A stretch of 64,000 bases of DNA from an uncultured Collinsella sp. (GTDB lineage: Bacteria; Actinomycetota; Coriobacteriia; Coriobacteriales; Coriobacteriaceae), in assembly GCA_965149855.1 (NCBI GenBank), contig CBCTTO010000005.1, forward strand, positions 1,634-65,633. The letters run 5' to 3'. The position numbers and the translations under genes are program-made. Under the pieces are notes generated by a model, which made no database searches, was not told the DNA's origin, and saw only the letters and a program-made list of their open reading frames with translations. Shown in pieces: positions 10,025 through 19,403 of the stretch. The first letter of the stretch is position 1. Each line of letters opens with the position of its first letter.

Positions 10025-11311
10025 TTAGGGGCGGACCTGACCGGTGCCTCGGAGCTTGTATTTGTAAGTGGTGAGGGCCTCGGCGGCGAAGGGGCCGCGG
10101 GCATGGAGCTTTTGGGTCGAGATACCGATCTCGGCGCCCAGGCCAAACTCGCCGCCGTCGGTGAAACGCGTGCTGGCGTTGGCGTACACGGCCGAGGCAT
10201 CGACCGCATCCAGGAAGCGCTCGCAAGCATCCGTGTCCTCGGCAACGATGGCCTCGGAGTGCATCGTGCCGTAGCGGTTGATGTGTGCGATGGCCTCGTC
10301 CTCGTTTGCCACGACCTTCACGCTCATCTCGAGCGCTAGGTACTCGCGACCCCAGTCCTCCTCAGTCGCGGCGACGTAGTCATCGCCTTCCACAAAGCTG
10401 GCGTCGGCGCACGCGGCGCACGTGGCTTCGTCGCCGTGAATGAGCACGCCGTGGTCGTGCAGCACGGCAACGACCGCAGGCAAAAACGCATCAGCCACAG
10501 CACGGTCGACCAGCAGCGACTCGGCGGCATTGCACACGCCTACACGCTGGGTCTTGGCATTAACGATAATGTTGAGCGCCTTATCAAAGTCGGCGGATTC
10601 ATGCACGTAGATGTGGCAGTTGCCCGTGCCCGTCTCGATCACCGGCACAAGCGACTCGCGCACGCAGCGCTGGATCAGGCCTGCACCGCCGCGCGGAATG
10701 AGTACGTCGACAACGCCGCGGAGCTTCATGAGCTCGCCAGTGGCCTCGCGGTCGGTGGACTCGATCATCGACACGGCCTCGCGCGGGAAACCCTTGCTCT
10801 CGAGCGCATCGGCCAGCAGCTCGGCGATCATGGCACACGAGTGATAAGCCAGCGAGCCGCCGCGCAGAATGCAGGCGTTGCCGGTGCGGATGCAGATGCC
10901 CGCGGCGTCGGCCGTCACGTTGGGGCGCGCCTCGTAGACCATAGCGACCAGGCCCAGCGGCACGCTCACACGGGTCAGGTCCACGCCGCTTGCAAGCACG
11001 CGGTGGTCGAGCACGCGGCCGACGGGATCGGGCAGCTCGGCGAGCTTTTCCAGGCCGGCGGCCATGCCCTCGACGCGCTCGGGCGTCAGCAGCAGGCGAT
11101 CGAGGAGCCCCGCTGAGGTGCCCGCATCGCGCGCAGCGGACATATCGAGCTCGTTGGCGGCGACGATGGAGTCGACACCGTTGCGCAGTGCTGCGGCCAT
11201 GGCGCGCACGGCCTCCTGGCGCCGCTCATCGCTCGCCGTGGCAAGCGAGGCCGACGCTGCCTTGGCGGCAATGGCAAGATCGTGGACATACGTGGCTATA
11301 TCGACCGACAT
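10025..11311 (-). CDS. proA: Gamma-glutamyl phosphate reductase
   Basis: YEARPNVT, GVCNAAE and NASTRFTDGGEFGLGAEIGISTQKLHARGP. Confidence 0.97.
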   Translation of the reverse strand: MSVDIATYVHDLAIAAKAASASLATASDERRQEAVRAMAAALRNGVDSIVAANELDMSAARDAGTSAGLLDRLLLTPERVEGMAAGLEKLAELPDPVGRVLDHRVLASGVDLTRVSVPLGLVAMVYEARPNVTADAAGICIRTGNACILRGGSLAYHSCAMIAELLADALESKGFPREAVSMIESTDREATGELMKLRGVVDVLIPRGGAGLIQRCVRESLVPVIETGTGNCHIYVHESADFDKALNIIVNAKTQRVGVCNAAESLLVDRAVADAFLPAVVAVLHDHGVLIHGDEATCAACADASFVEGDDYVAATEEDWGREYLALEMSVKVVANEDEAIAHINRYGTMHSEAIVAEDTDACERFLDAVDASAVYANASTRFTDGGEFGLGAEIGISTQKLHARGPFAAEALTTYKYKLRGTGQVRP

Positions 11312-11423
11312 GGGCGGCCCTTTCTCCTAGAAGTTTGCAACCATGGTAGCCGATTTGCGCATGGCCTCGCCCGCGGCGGTAGAATTGGTCAACCCGAAAC
11401 ACCGCAACGAACGGAAGACTCAC

Positions 11424-12842
11424 ATGGCCCTCATCACTTCGTACCACGTCCCCGGCCTTTACGTCGAGGACCACAGCATCGACGTCCCCCTTGACTGGCG
11501 CGGCCTGGAGCCGATGCTCCTGGCCGTCGGCAGCACCATACGCCGCGGCGCTATGCCGGCACCCATCGCCGGCGCGCCCGAGAGCATCAAGCTCTTCTAC
11601 CGCGTGGTTTGCGCGCCCGACCGCATCAACGACGATCTGCCGCTGCTCCTGTTTTTGCAGGGCGGCCCCGGCGGCGAGAGCCCGCGTCCGCTGTCGCCCA
11701 CAAGCGACGGCTGGATCGAGGAGGCCGTCAAGCACTTCCGCGTGGTCCTTCCCGACCAGCGCGGCACCGGACGCAGTAGCTGCGTGGACGGGCGCACGAT
11801 TGCCGCCTTGGGCGATCGCGCCGAGGCAGCAGGCGCCAATGCGGCCCGCTCGCAGGCGGACTTCCTCAAGCGCCACCTCGCCAGCTCCATCGTGCGCGAT
11901 TTTGAGTACTTGCGCCTGGTGGGCTTTGGCGGCAAGCCGTGGGTCACGCTCGGCCAGAGCTACGGCGGCTTTTTGACGCTGAGCTATCTGTCGCTCTTCC
12001 CCGAGGGCGTGGCGGCGAGCTTTACCTGCGGCGGCATCCCCCACGTGCCGGCGAGCGCCAGCGAGGTCTACGCGCACACCTTCCCGCGCATGGCCGCCAA
12101 GACGCAGCAGTATTACGACCGCTACCCCGCCGACGTCGAGCGCGTGGCAGCCCTGGCCGATGCGCTCGAGGCACAGAAGCCCGTGCTGCCCGACGGCTCG
12201 CCGATGACGGTCGAGCGCCTACAGCTCATGGGCAGCGACTTTGGCATGAAGCCGAGCTTTGAACGCATGCATTGGATTATCGATCACGCTTTTGTTGATG
12301 GCGACGGCACGCTGACCTGCAACGCCTCGGTATCTGACAGCTTTTTGATGCGCGCCTTCGAGCGCACCAACACGCGCACGAATCCGCTGTACTGGACGCT
12401 GCAGGAGTTCATATACGCCGACGGTGACACTATGCCCATTGGCTGGACCGCGGCTGAAGAGAAGGCTCACCGCACCGAGTTCGACACCCTCGCGCGCCCG
12501 CTCATGTTTACCGGCGAGGCCATGTTCCCGTGGATGTTCGAGCAGATGCCCGAGCTCAAGCCCTTCAAGCCCGCCATGGACCTGCTGATGGAAGACACAA
12601 GCTGGGACAAGATCTACGACCCGCAGCGCCTGGCCTGCAACGAAGTGCCGCTCCAGGCCGCGGTGTATTTCGACGACATGTACGTGGATTCGGACCTGCA
12701 GCTCGACACGCTCAGCCGCGTGGGCAACTCGCATGCCTGGGTAACCAACGAGTTCGAGCACGACGGCCTGCACGGCAGCGTGGTGTTCAAGCGCCTCTTC
12801 GACGAAGCACTCAACCGCGGAGACCTGCGCCGGATCTTCTAA
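11424..12842 (+). CDS. pip: Proline iminopeptidase (alpha/beta hydrolase, S33)
   Basis: LQGGPG, DQRGTGRS, GQSYGG nucleophile, DDMYVD and EHDG. Confidence 0.88.
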   Translation: MALITSYHVPGLYVEDHSIDVPLDWRGLEPMLLAVGSTIRRGAMPAPIAGAPESIKLFYRVVCAPDRINDDLPLLLFLQGGPGGESPRPLSPTSDGWIEEAVKHFRVVLPDQRGTGRSSCVDGRTIAALGDRAEAAGANAARSQADFLKRHLASSIVRDFEYLRLVGFGGKPWVTLGQSYGGFLTLSYLSLFPEGVAASFTCGGIPHVPASASEVYAHTFPRMAAKTQQYYDRYPADVERVAALADALEAQKPVLPDGSPMTVERLQLMGSDFGMKPSFERMHWIIDHAFVDGDGTLTCNASVSDSFLMRAFERTNTRTNPLYWTLQEFIYADGDTMPIGWTAAEEKAHRTEFDTLARPLMFTGEAMFPWMFEQMPELKPFKPAMDLLMEDTSWDKIYDPQRLACNEVPLQAAVYFDDMYVDSDLQLDTLSRVGNSHAWVTNEFEHDGLHGSVVFKRLFDEALNRGDLRRIF

Positions 12843-12927
12843 CTAAAGAGAGTCCCCACCTGCCGGCACAAAAGGAACGTCCCCAAGTGCCGAACAAGTG
12901 CCGGCAACGACAATGCCGCAGGTAGAG

Positions 12928-13045
12928 GACGGAAAGCGAAAACGCCCCTAAGCGAGCAAGGTGACGTGAAAGAGGAGGGCATTGACCTTTTGGTCATGCC
13001 CGACGATTGAACGTCAGATTGCCGCTTAGGGGCGTTTGCAGCGTC
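12928..13045. repeat. Structured ~120-nt long-hairpin element, empty sister copy of the IS1111 target element
   Basis: Colinear with 62235-62241 joined to 63772-63883; compensatory changes in stems. Confidence 0.85.
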
Positions 13046-13051
13046 AATTGG

Positions 13052-14179
13052 TTATGCAAATACGATCAAGTTATCCCTGTGTATCGCCGGCTTCTCGGCC
13101 AGGTCTGCCAGCAGGCGGTTGCTGGCAATCTGGTCTTGGCGGCGACCGGCAGCAAGTTCCAGCACGTCCGAATCGGCCTCGGCGATACCGCGGGCGACGA
13201 CCATACCGCTCGGATCGCACACATCGAGCACATCGCCCTCGGCAAACTGGCCATCGACCTCGCGAATACCCACCGCAAGCAAGGAAGAGCCACGGCTGAC
13301 CAGCGCCTTCGCAGCACCATCATCAACCGTCACCGAGCCATGCGCCTTGTCGCCCAGTGCGATCCACAGCTTGCGGGGTGCGATGTCCAGACGCTCCGCC
13401 GGCGGATCGAACAGCGTGCCCACGCCCTCGCCGCGGGCGAGGCGCACGAGCGCATCGGGCTCCTCACCCGAGCAAATCACGCTCTGAATACCCGCCGTCA
13501 TCAGGATGCGGCTCGCGCGAATCTTGGTGATCATGCCGCCCGTGCCCACCGAAGTCGAAGAATCGCCTGCCGAGGCGATAATCTTGGCATCGATCTTATG
13601 CACGACAGGAACAAACTCGGCCGTGGGGTCCTCATGCGGATTGGCAGTATAGAGACCATCGATGTCCGAGAGCGTCACGCACAGATCGGCAGAAACCAGG
13701 CAGCTCACAAGCGCCGCCAGCGTGTCGTTGTCGCCAAACTTGATCTCGTCGACGGTGACGGTATCGTTCTCGTTGACGACCGGCACCACGCCCAGCTCAA
13801 CCAGGCGCAGCAGGGCGTCGCGCGCGTGCAGGTAGGACGTGCGGCGGGCCGTATCGTGGCGCGTGAGCAGCACGAGCGAGGTGAGCAGGTCGCGCGCATG
13901 GAACTCCTCGTCGTAGGCCGACGAGATGATGCACTGGCCGGCCGAGGCGCAGGCCTGCAGGCTCGGCAGGTCGCCGACCGGCTTGCGGTCGAAACCCAAC
14001 ACGGGATAGCCACAGGCGATAGCGCCCGAGCTCACCACGACCAGACGCCAGCCGAGCTTGCGCAGCGCTGCGGCCTGATCGGCAAGTCCGCCGATAAAGG
14101 CGCGGTTGACCTTGCCATCGGCACCCACCACCGTGGACGAACCGATCTTTACCACCATCGTTTTATAAGAAGTCGTCAT
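13052..14179 (-). CDS. proB: Glutamate 5-kinase with PUA domain
   Basis: VVKIGSS, NENDTV, FGDNDTL and GTGGMITKI. Confidence 0.97.
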   Translation of the reverse strand: MTTSYKTMVVKIGSSTVVGADGKVNRAFIGGLADQAAALRKLGWRLVVVSSGAIACGYPVLGFDRKPVGDLPSLQACASAGQCIISSAYDEEFHARDLLTSLVLLTRHDTARRTSYLHARDALLRLVELGVVPVVNENDTVTVDEIKFGDNDTLAALVSCLVSADLCVTLSDIDGLYTANPHEDPTAEFVPVVHKIDAKIIASAGDSSTSVGTGGMITKIRASRILMTAGIQSVICSGEEPDALVRLARGEGVGTLFDPPAERLDIAPRKLWIALGDKAHGSVTVDDGAAKALVSRGSSLLAVGIREVDGQFAEGDVLDVCDPSGMVVARGIAEADSDVLELAAGRRQDQIASNRLLADLAEKPAIHRDNLIVFA

Positions 14180-14258
14180 ACGTCAAACCAATCAACTGTT
14201 CAGCGAACGGCCGAGCTGGCGGCCAAGGGAGCGTGACTCGCCCCTACCGCCCAAGGAA

Positions 14259-15764
14259 TTAGTGAGCCCAGGGAAAGGCAGAGGCCGCGGCCATGTTCTT
14301 GCGCACGAGCTCGTCGCGCACCTGAGCCAGGCCCTGCTCCATGCCCACCACATAGGTCTGCGGGTACAGGAAGCGCTTGAAAGCTGCGTCCAGATGATCG
14401 AGTGCCCAAGCACAGCGCTCGCGCGCGTCCTGGATGCTCTCACGCGGAGCCACCGCACTGCCATCGCGCACGATCGGCACCAGCAGCTCGCGATACTCAA
14501 GTTCGGACACGTCAGTCACCAGGGCGGCATCATTCACGGCCACGAGGGTATTGCCGCGCGCGGCGCCCTCCCCCGCCAGATGGTCCTCGTCGTAGATCAT
14601 GTCGCAGACCGGGCCGCCAAAGCCGTCGTAATAACGGCGCACGCGTTGCACACCCGGGATCGTGCGCTTGTAGGGCTGCTCGGAGAGCTTGACCACCGGC
14701 GTCCATGGATCTGCCTCGCTCGCACGGCGGGCGGAAAGCTTGTACACGCCGCCCAGCGCCGGCTGGTCATAGCAGGTCGCGAGCTTGGTACCCACGCCAA
14801 AGCTGTCGATGGGCGCGCCCTGGTCGAGCAGCGACTGAATCGTGTACTCATCAAGATCGTTGGAAACCGAGATCCCCACATAGGGCAGGCCCTCAGCATC
14901 AAAACGGCCGCGGACATACTTGGACAGCTTGGCGAGGTCGCCCGAGTCGATGCGAATAGCCGACAGGCGCTCGCCCACCGCCTCCATCTCCTTGGCAACC
15001 GTAATGGCATGCTCGCAGCCCTCGCGTACATCGTAGGTGTCGATGAGCAGCGTACAGTTCTTGGGGCTCGACTTGGCAAATGCGCGGAAGGCCTCGAGCT
15101 CGGAATCGAAGCTCATCACCCAGCTGTGCGCATGCGTGCCAAAGACGGGAATACCGTAGCGGCGGCCGGCGAGCACATTGGACGTAGAGGAGCAGCCGGC
15201 AACGTAGCTCGCGCGCGCAACGGCCAGGCCGCCATCGGGACCCTGGGCTCGGCGCAGGCCAAACTCCGCCACGGGGCGACCGTCGGCGGCGAGCACCACG
15301 CGCGCCGTCTTGGTGGCGACAAGCGTCTGGAACCCGACGATGTTGAGCAGCGCCGTCTCGAGCAGCTGGCACTCCAGCGCGGGGCCGGTGACGCGCACCA
15401 TGGGCTCGCGCGGAAAGACGAGCTCGCCCTCGGGCACGGCGTCGATGTTTACATGCGCACGAAAATCGCGCAGGTAGTCGAGGAATCCAGGTTTGAACAT
15501 CGCGCCGCCGGCAGGGGCCTGGAGCGAGGCGAGGTAGTCGATGTCCTCGGGCGTAAAGCGCAGATTCTCGACCAGCTCGGGCAGTTCGGCGGTGCCGCAC
15601 ATGACGGCATAGGCGCTGCCAAAGGGATGGTCGCGGTAAAACGCGGTAAAACAACCCTGCTCATTGGCCTTGCCGCTCTCCCACAGGCCCTGGGCCATAG
15701 TGAGCTCGTACAGATCGGTGAGCATTGCAATGTCGGTGGGATGCGAGATGTCGGTCAAAGCCAT
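14259..15764 (-). CDS. pncB: Nicotinate phosphoribosyltransferase
   Basis: LTDLYELTM, EFGLRRAQG, GTHAHSW, LIDTYD, IRIDSGD and FGVGT. Confidence 0.95.
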   Translation of the reverse strand: MALTDISHPTDIAMLTDLYELTMAQGLWESGKANEQGCFTAFYRDHPFGSAYAVMCGTAELPELVENLRFTPEDIDYLASLQAPAGGAMFKPGFLDYLRDFRAHVNIDAVPEGELVFPREPMVRVTGPALECQLLETALLNIVGFQTLVATKTARVVLAADGRPVAEFGLRRAQGPDGGLAVARASYVAGCSSTSNVLAGRRYGIPVFGTHAHSWVMSFDSELEAFRAFAKSSPKNCTLLIDTYDVREGCEHAITVAKEMEAVGERLSAIRIDSGDLAKLSKYVRGRFDAEGLPYVGISVSNDLDEYTIQSLLDQGAPIDSFGVGTKLATCYDQPALGGVYKLSARRASEADPWTPVVKLSEQPYKRTIPGVQRVRRYYDGFGGPVCDMIYDEDHLAGEGAARGNTLVAVNDAALVTDVSELEYRELLVPIVRDGSAVAPRESIQDARERCAWALDHLDAAFKRFLYPQTYVVGMEQGLAQVRDELVRKNMAAASAFPWAH

Positions 15765-15848
15765 GGGGCGACCTTTCGGATGTGTGGTACAGAATTTGAG
15801 GGTTAGACGAGAGCAGAGGATGCGGACATGACGCCCGATGCAAATCGG

Positions 15849-16307
15849 TTAGAGCAGGCCCATGCTGGTCAGGATCGTGTAGCCCATAAAGATGACAAAC
15901 GCGATGAGGGCAAGGACAATGATGATTTTTTGAGCCGGCGCCATGCCAGGGATCTCGTTCTCGCCCGTAGGCTCCTTGGAGGTAACCATGCGCTGGGCAA
16001 AGGTCATCTCGTCACGGCTCGACTTGGGCTCGTCGGACTTGGGACGAGCGGCCTTTTTAGGCTGAGGTTTGGGCGCGGCAGGTGCAGGCTTCGCAGCAGC
16101 GGGCTTGGGTGCAGGCGCGGGCGCCGATGCGGATGCGGCGTTCGCGGCGACCTCCTCGGCCTTCGCACGCTCGGCACGCAGGGCAGCCAGCTCCTCACGC
16201 TCGCGACGGGCCTCTTCCCGAGCCTCGCGGCGGGCCTTCTCGGCGCGGAGCTCTTCCAACTCAGCGCGCTCCTCGTCGGACAATGGTTGGGACTCAAGCT
16301 CGGCCAT
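15849..16307 (-). CDS. Hypothetical protein with charged coiled-coil, Pro/Ala linker and C-terminal TM helix
   Basis: ORF with codon bias; RBS AAAGGG before ATG 16307. Confidence 0.7.
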   Translation of the reverse strand: MAELESQPLSDEERAELEELRAEKARREAREEARREREELAALRAERAKAEEVAANAASASAPAPAPKPAAAKPAPAAPKPQPKKAARPKSDEPKSSRDEMTFAQRMVTSKEPTGENEIPGMAPAQKIIIVLALIAFVIFMGYTILTSMGLL

Positions 16308-16326
16308 GGTACAGCCCTTTCTTTTA

Positions 16327-16358
16327 AAAAAAGCCGCCGACACAATGTCAGCGGCTTA
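16327..16358 (-). terminator. Terminator after tRNA-Ala
   Basis: Minus strand AAGCCGCTGACA-TT-GTGTCGGCGGCTTTTTTT. Confidence 0.75.
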
Positions 16359-16371
16359 TCAAATCCAAGGG

Positions 16372-16444
16372 TGGAGACGAAGGGAGTCGAACCCTCGGCC
16401 TCTGCCATGCGACGGCAGCGCTCTCCCAACTGAGCTACGTCCCC
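16372..16444 (-). tRNA. tRNA-Ala (anticodon CGC), CCA not encoded
   Basis: GGGGACGTAGCTCAGTTGGGAGAGCGCTGCCGTCGCATGGCAG...GGTTCGACTCC...CGTCTCCA; G3:U70 Ala identity pair. Confidence 0.96.
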
Positions 16445-16582
16445 AGGACAAGTCGATATTTTACCTACGGCTCGCCAACTGTCAACGCCCAATAACCAGT
16501 CTTTTTGGGGCGCGGCTTTTTTGACTACCATTCGCTCGATGATTTTTTAATCCCCGTCCCAGAAAAATCATCGGCGAACGCA

Positions 16583-17521
16583 CTACTTTGCGCTGGTGAG
16601 GACGCCGGTGGTGTCGAACGCTGGGGTAAAGCTCTCGTCTACCGCGCCGCCCTCTTGCCAAAACATCGTCGTAAAGCCCAGGTCGTCGGCATGGTCGAGT
16701 ACCTGCTCGTACTCCTCGCGCGTCACGGCGCGCGCCAGGTCGCCGCCCTGCTCTCGCATGAGCGCATTGGGCGTGTACTGGTTCATGACCGAGATCGGCA
16801 CGTCGCCCACCGTCTGCCACACCAGGTCCAGCACGCGGCATGAATCGTCTGCATGTCCCGGCAGCACCAGATGGCGCACGATGATGCCGCGCTTCATGAG
16901 CCCGCCCTCGTCCACCAGCTCTCCCCCGCGGCGATCGATCTCGCGCGCCATCTGGGCCAGACCCGACACGGCCACGCGCGGATAGTCCTTAATATGAGAA
17001 AGCGACTGCGCAAGCCCGGCATCGGCATATTTAAAGTCGGTGAGCCACACATCGACCAGGTCGCCCAGCGCCGCCACGGCACTCGCGCGCTCGTAACCAC
17101 TCGTGTTGTAGACGATCGGGATGACCAGCCCGCGCGTCCGTGCCGCGGCGATCGCAGCAGGCAACAGGTGCGCATAGTGCGTCGCCGTCACCAAATTGAT
17201 GTTGTTGGCACCCTGGTCCTGCAGCTCCAGCATAATCTCGACCAGGCGCTCAGGCGAAATCTCAAGGCCAAAATTGCCGGTCGAGATCTCGTGGTTCTGG
17301 CAGTAGATACATTTAAGCGAGCAGCCGCTAAAGAAGATCGTGCCCGAACCGGCCTCACCCGAGATAGGCGGCTCCTCCCACATATGAAGCGCCGCGCGGG
17401 CCACCCTGAGCGTGTCGTTAGCACCGCATACGCCGCGCGCGCCCTCATCGCGCGCCGCACCGCAACGGCGCGGACACAAATGGCAGGCGGGCGAAAAAAG
17501 TTCGGTCAACGACGTCGGCAT
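16583..17521 (-). CDS. Radical SAM protein (PflX-like); start could be 17521 or 17536
   Basis: CHLCPRRC, WEEPPISG, CSLKCIYCQN (CxxxCxxC) and VRHLVLPG. Confidence 0.88.
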   Translation of the reverse strand: MPTSLTELFSPACHLCPRRCGAARDEGARGVCGANDTLRVARAALHMWEEPPISGEAGSGTIFFSGCSLKCIYCQNHEISTGNFGLEISPERLVEIMLELQDQGANNINLVTATHYAHLLPAAIAAARTRGLVIPIVYNTSGYERASAVAALGDLVDVWLTDFKYADAGLAQSLSHIKDYPRVAVSGLAQMAREIDRRGGELVDEGGLMKRGIIVRHLVLPGHADDSCRVLDLVWQTVGDVPISVMNQYTPNALMREQGGDLARAVTREEYEQVLDHADDLGFTTMFWQEGGAVDESFTPAFDTTGVLTSAK

Positions 17522-17672
17522 AAAAACATGCTCCAAAACAACGATTCAGCAGCTCAAACGTAAAGGGCCAGGCCGCGTAGACGACTCCGTCCCTAAGGCG
17601 CCGTAATCGTCCGACACGATTTTTGTAATGTCAAGACTGGAATCCACAAAGTGCCGCTTTATGATGTAGGTA

Positions 17673-17835
17673 TTCCGCCCCCCGCGGAGCAACTGGGTGA
17701 ACCGTCGCGTTTATTTAGGGAGCCCACACAGTCGTGCCTAGTACAGGTATCCTTCGTTGTTAAGGACGCTGGAACAGTCGATGAGGGCACCCACCTGTTT
17801 TAGGTGGGTTCATTTTCGTAACGTGGGGGGTGGTT
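17673..17835 (+). ncRNA. ssrS: 6S RNA
   Basis: 5' CCGCCCCCCGCG pairs with 3' CGTGGGGGGTGG; internal GGGAGCCCA and GGGCACCCACCTG..AGGTGGGTTCA typical of 6S; -10 TATGAT at 17660; T-rich 3' end. Confidence 0.8.
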
Positions 17836-18047
17836 TTCTTTTGCCGAAAATCGCCATTACAGTCCATATGGATCCCCGCCGGCATCCCGACAAGCCATCG
17901 ACAACATCCCAATATCTGGTAAGCGCGTGATTATCGCTGCGTGCAATTACATGCACCCCCCTTGGTCGAGTATTATGGTATGGCTATGCCCTTTGCGCAT
18001 GGCGTTCTTCTGACCTTTTCCTTCGACGCTTGGCGGTTTTTAGATTC

Positions 18048-19247
18048 ATGGCTTCATCCCCGAGCTACATACCGTACCTATGCGTGGCAGCGGCGGCCTT
18101 TATCACGACCTTCCTCGCGGTGCCCCTGGTCAAGCGCTTGGCAATTAAGCTCGATGCCGTCGACTATCCTTCTAAGCGCCGCATCAACACCAGGCCCATC
18201 CCACGTTTGGGCGGAGCGGCGGTGTTTTTGGGCCTGGTCGTCGCCTGCACTGTGCAAATCCTAGGCACCTGGCACCTAGGCTGGCCGCCCGTTTTGGTGC
18301 CGCACCCGCGCCTTCACATTAGCTATCCCATGCTGGCGCTCTCCTTTACCGTCATCTTTGCGACCGGCGCTATCGACGACGTCTTCCAGCTCAAGCCCAA
18401 GCAAAAGCTGGCCGGACAGGTCCTCGCCGCGCTTATCGCCTGTATCGGCGGCCTAAAAATCGGCGTCATCGTCAACCCGTTTGCCCCCGGCGAGATCATG
18501 CTCGGATGGCTCGCCTACCCCATCACCGTGATCTATCTGGTGGCATTCACCAACATCATTAACCTCATCGACGGCCTCGACGGCTTGGCCACGGGCATCT
18601 GCGGCATCGCGTCGTTCACCATGTTTTCGATGGCCGTGCTCTCGGGCCGCATCGACGCCGCCGCGCTCTCTATTGCGCTCTTTGGCGCCTGTCTGGCCTT
18701 TTTGCACTACAACTTCAACCCCGCAAGCATCTTCTTGGGCGACTCGGGGTCGCTGCTTCTGGGCTTTGCGCTGGGCTCCATCTCGCTGCTCAACGTGAGC
18801 CGCACCGCCGCACTCACCTCGCTTATCATCCCGCTCATCGTTGCCGGCGTGCCCATCATCGACACGTTTAGCGCCATTGTGCGCCGCAAGCGCGCCCACA
18901 TTAGCATCGGACAGGCCGACAAGGGCCACATCCACCACCGCCTGATCCAAGAAGGCTACAACCAAAAACAGGCCGTGCTGCTCATCTATGCCTGGTGCAT
19001 CATGCTTTCGGCCGGCGCCGCCGCCATCAATCAGGTCGAGGTGCCCATGCGCGTGCTCATTTTTACCGTGCTCGCCATTGGCTCGGCTGCCTTCGCCAAG
19101 CATCTGCATCTGTTTGAGCCCGTGCTGCGCCACCATTACAACAAGCGCACGCACGAGGACGAGCTCGTCACCCCCGACGACCCCGCCTTTAAGCAGGAGG
19201 AGCAGGCAGCCGAGGAATGTAAGGAAGAGCGCCACCACAAGCTCTAG
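18048..19247 (+). CDS. WecA/TagO-type undecaprenyl-phosphate GlcNAc-1-phosphate transferase (MraY family)
   Basis: IPRLGG, GAIDD, NLIDGLDGL, IFLGDSGS and HIHHRL. Confidence 0.92.
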   Translation: MASSPSYIPYLCVAAAAFITTFLAVPLVKRLAIKLDAVDYPSKRRINTRPIPRLGGAAVFLGLVVACTVQILGTWHLGWPPVLVPHPRLHISYPMLALSFTVIFATGAIDDVFQLKPKQKLAGQVLAALIACIGGLKIGVIVNPFAPGEIMLGWLAYPITVIYLVAFTNIINLIDGLDGLATGICGIASFTMFSMAVLSGRIDAAALSIALFGACLAFLHYNFNPASIFLGDSGSLLLGFALGSISLLNVSRTAALTSLIIPLIVAGVPIIDTFSAIVRRKRAHISIGQADKGHIHHRLIQEGYNQKQAVLLIYAWCIMLSAGAAAINQVEVPMRVLIFTVLAIGSAAFAKHLHLFEPVLRHHYNKRTHEDELVTPDDPAFKQEEQAAEECKEERHHKL

Positions 19248-19403
19248 GGTAAGCTGCCGAGGATGTGCCCGGGCGCCGCTGACCATGCGCAGCCCCGTGC
19301 CCATCGTGCAAGCCACCTCTCCCCCGCCCCTCGCTTACTTACGCCCCGACCCTCCAATAAACGCGTTATCATCTTGACCCATGAACATACGTTAGGAGCA
19401 ATC

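Noticed and set aside
16372..16600. tRNA-Ala as a prophage or island integration site
   Set aside because: No integrase and no duplicated tRNA 3' end seen in the window.
19248..19403. T-box leaders before trpS (and before argS)
   Set aside because: No AAGGTGGxACC-type T-box motif or specifier stem was recognised.
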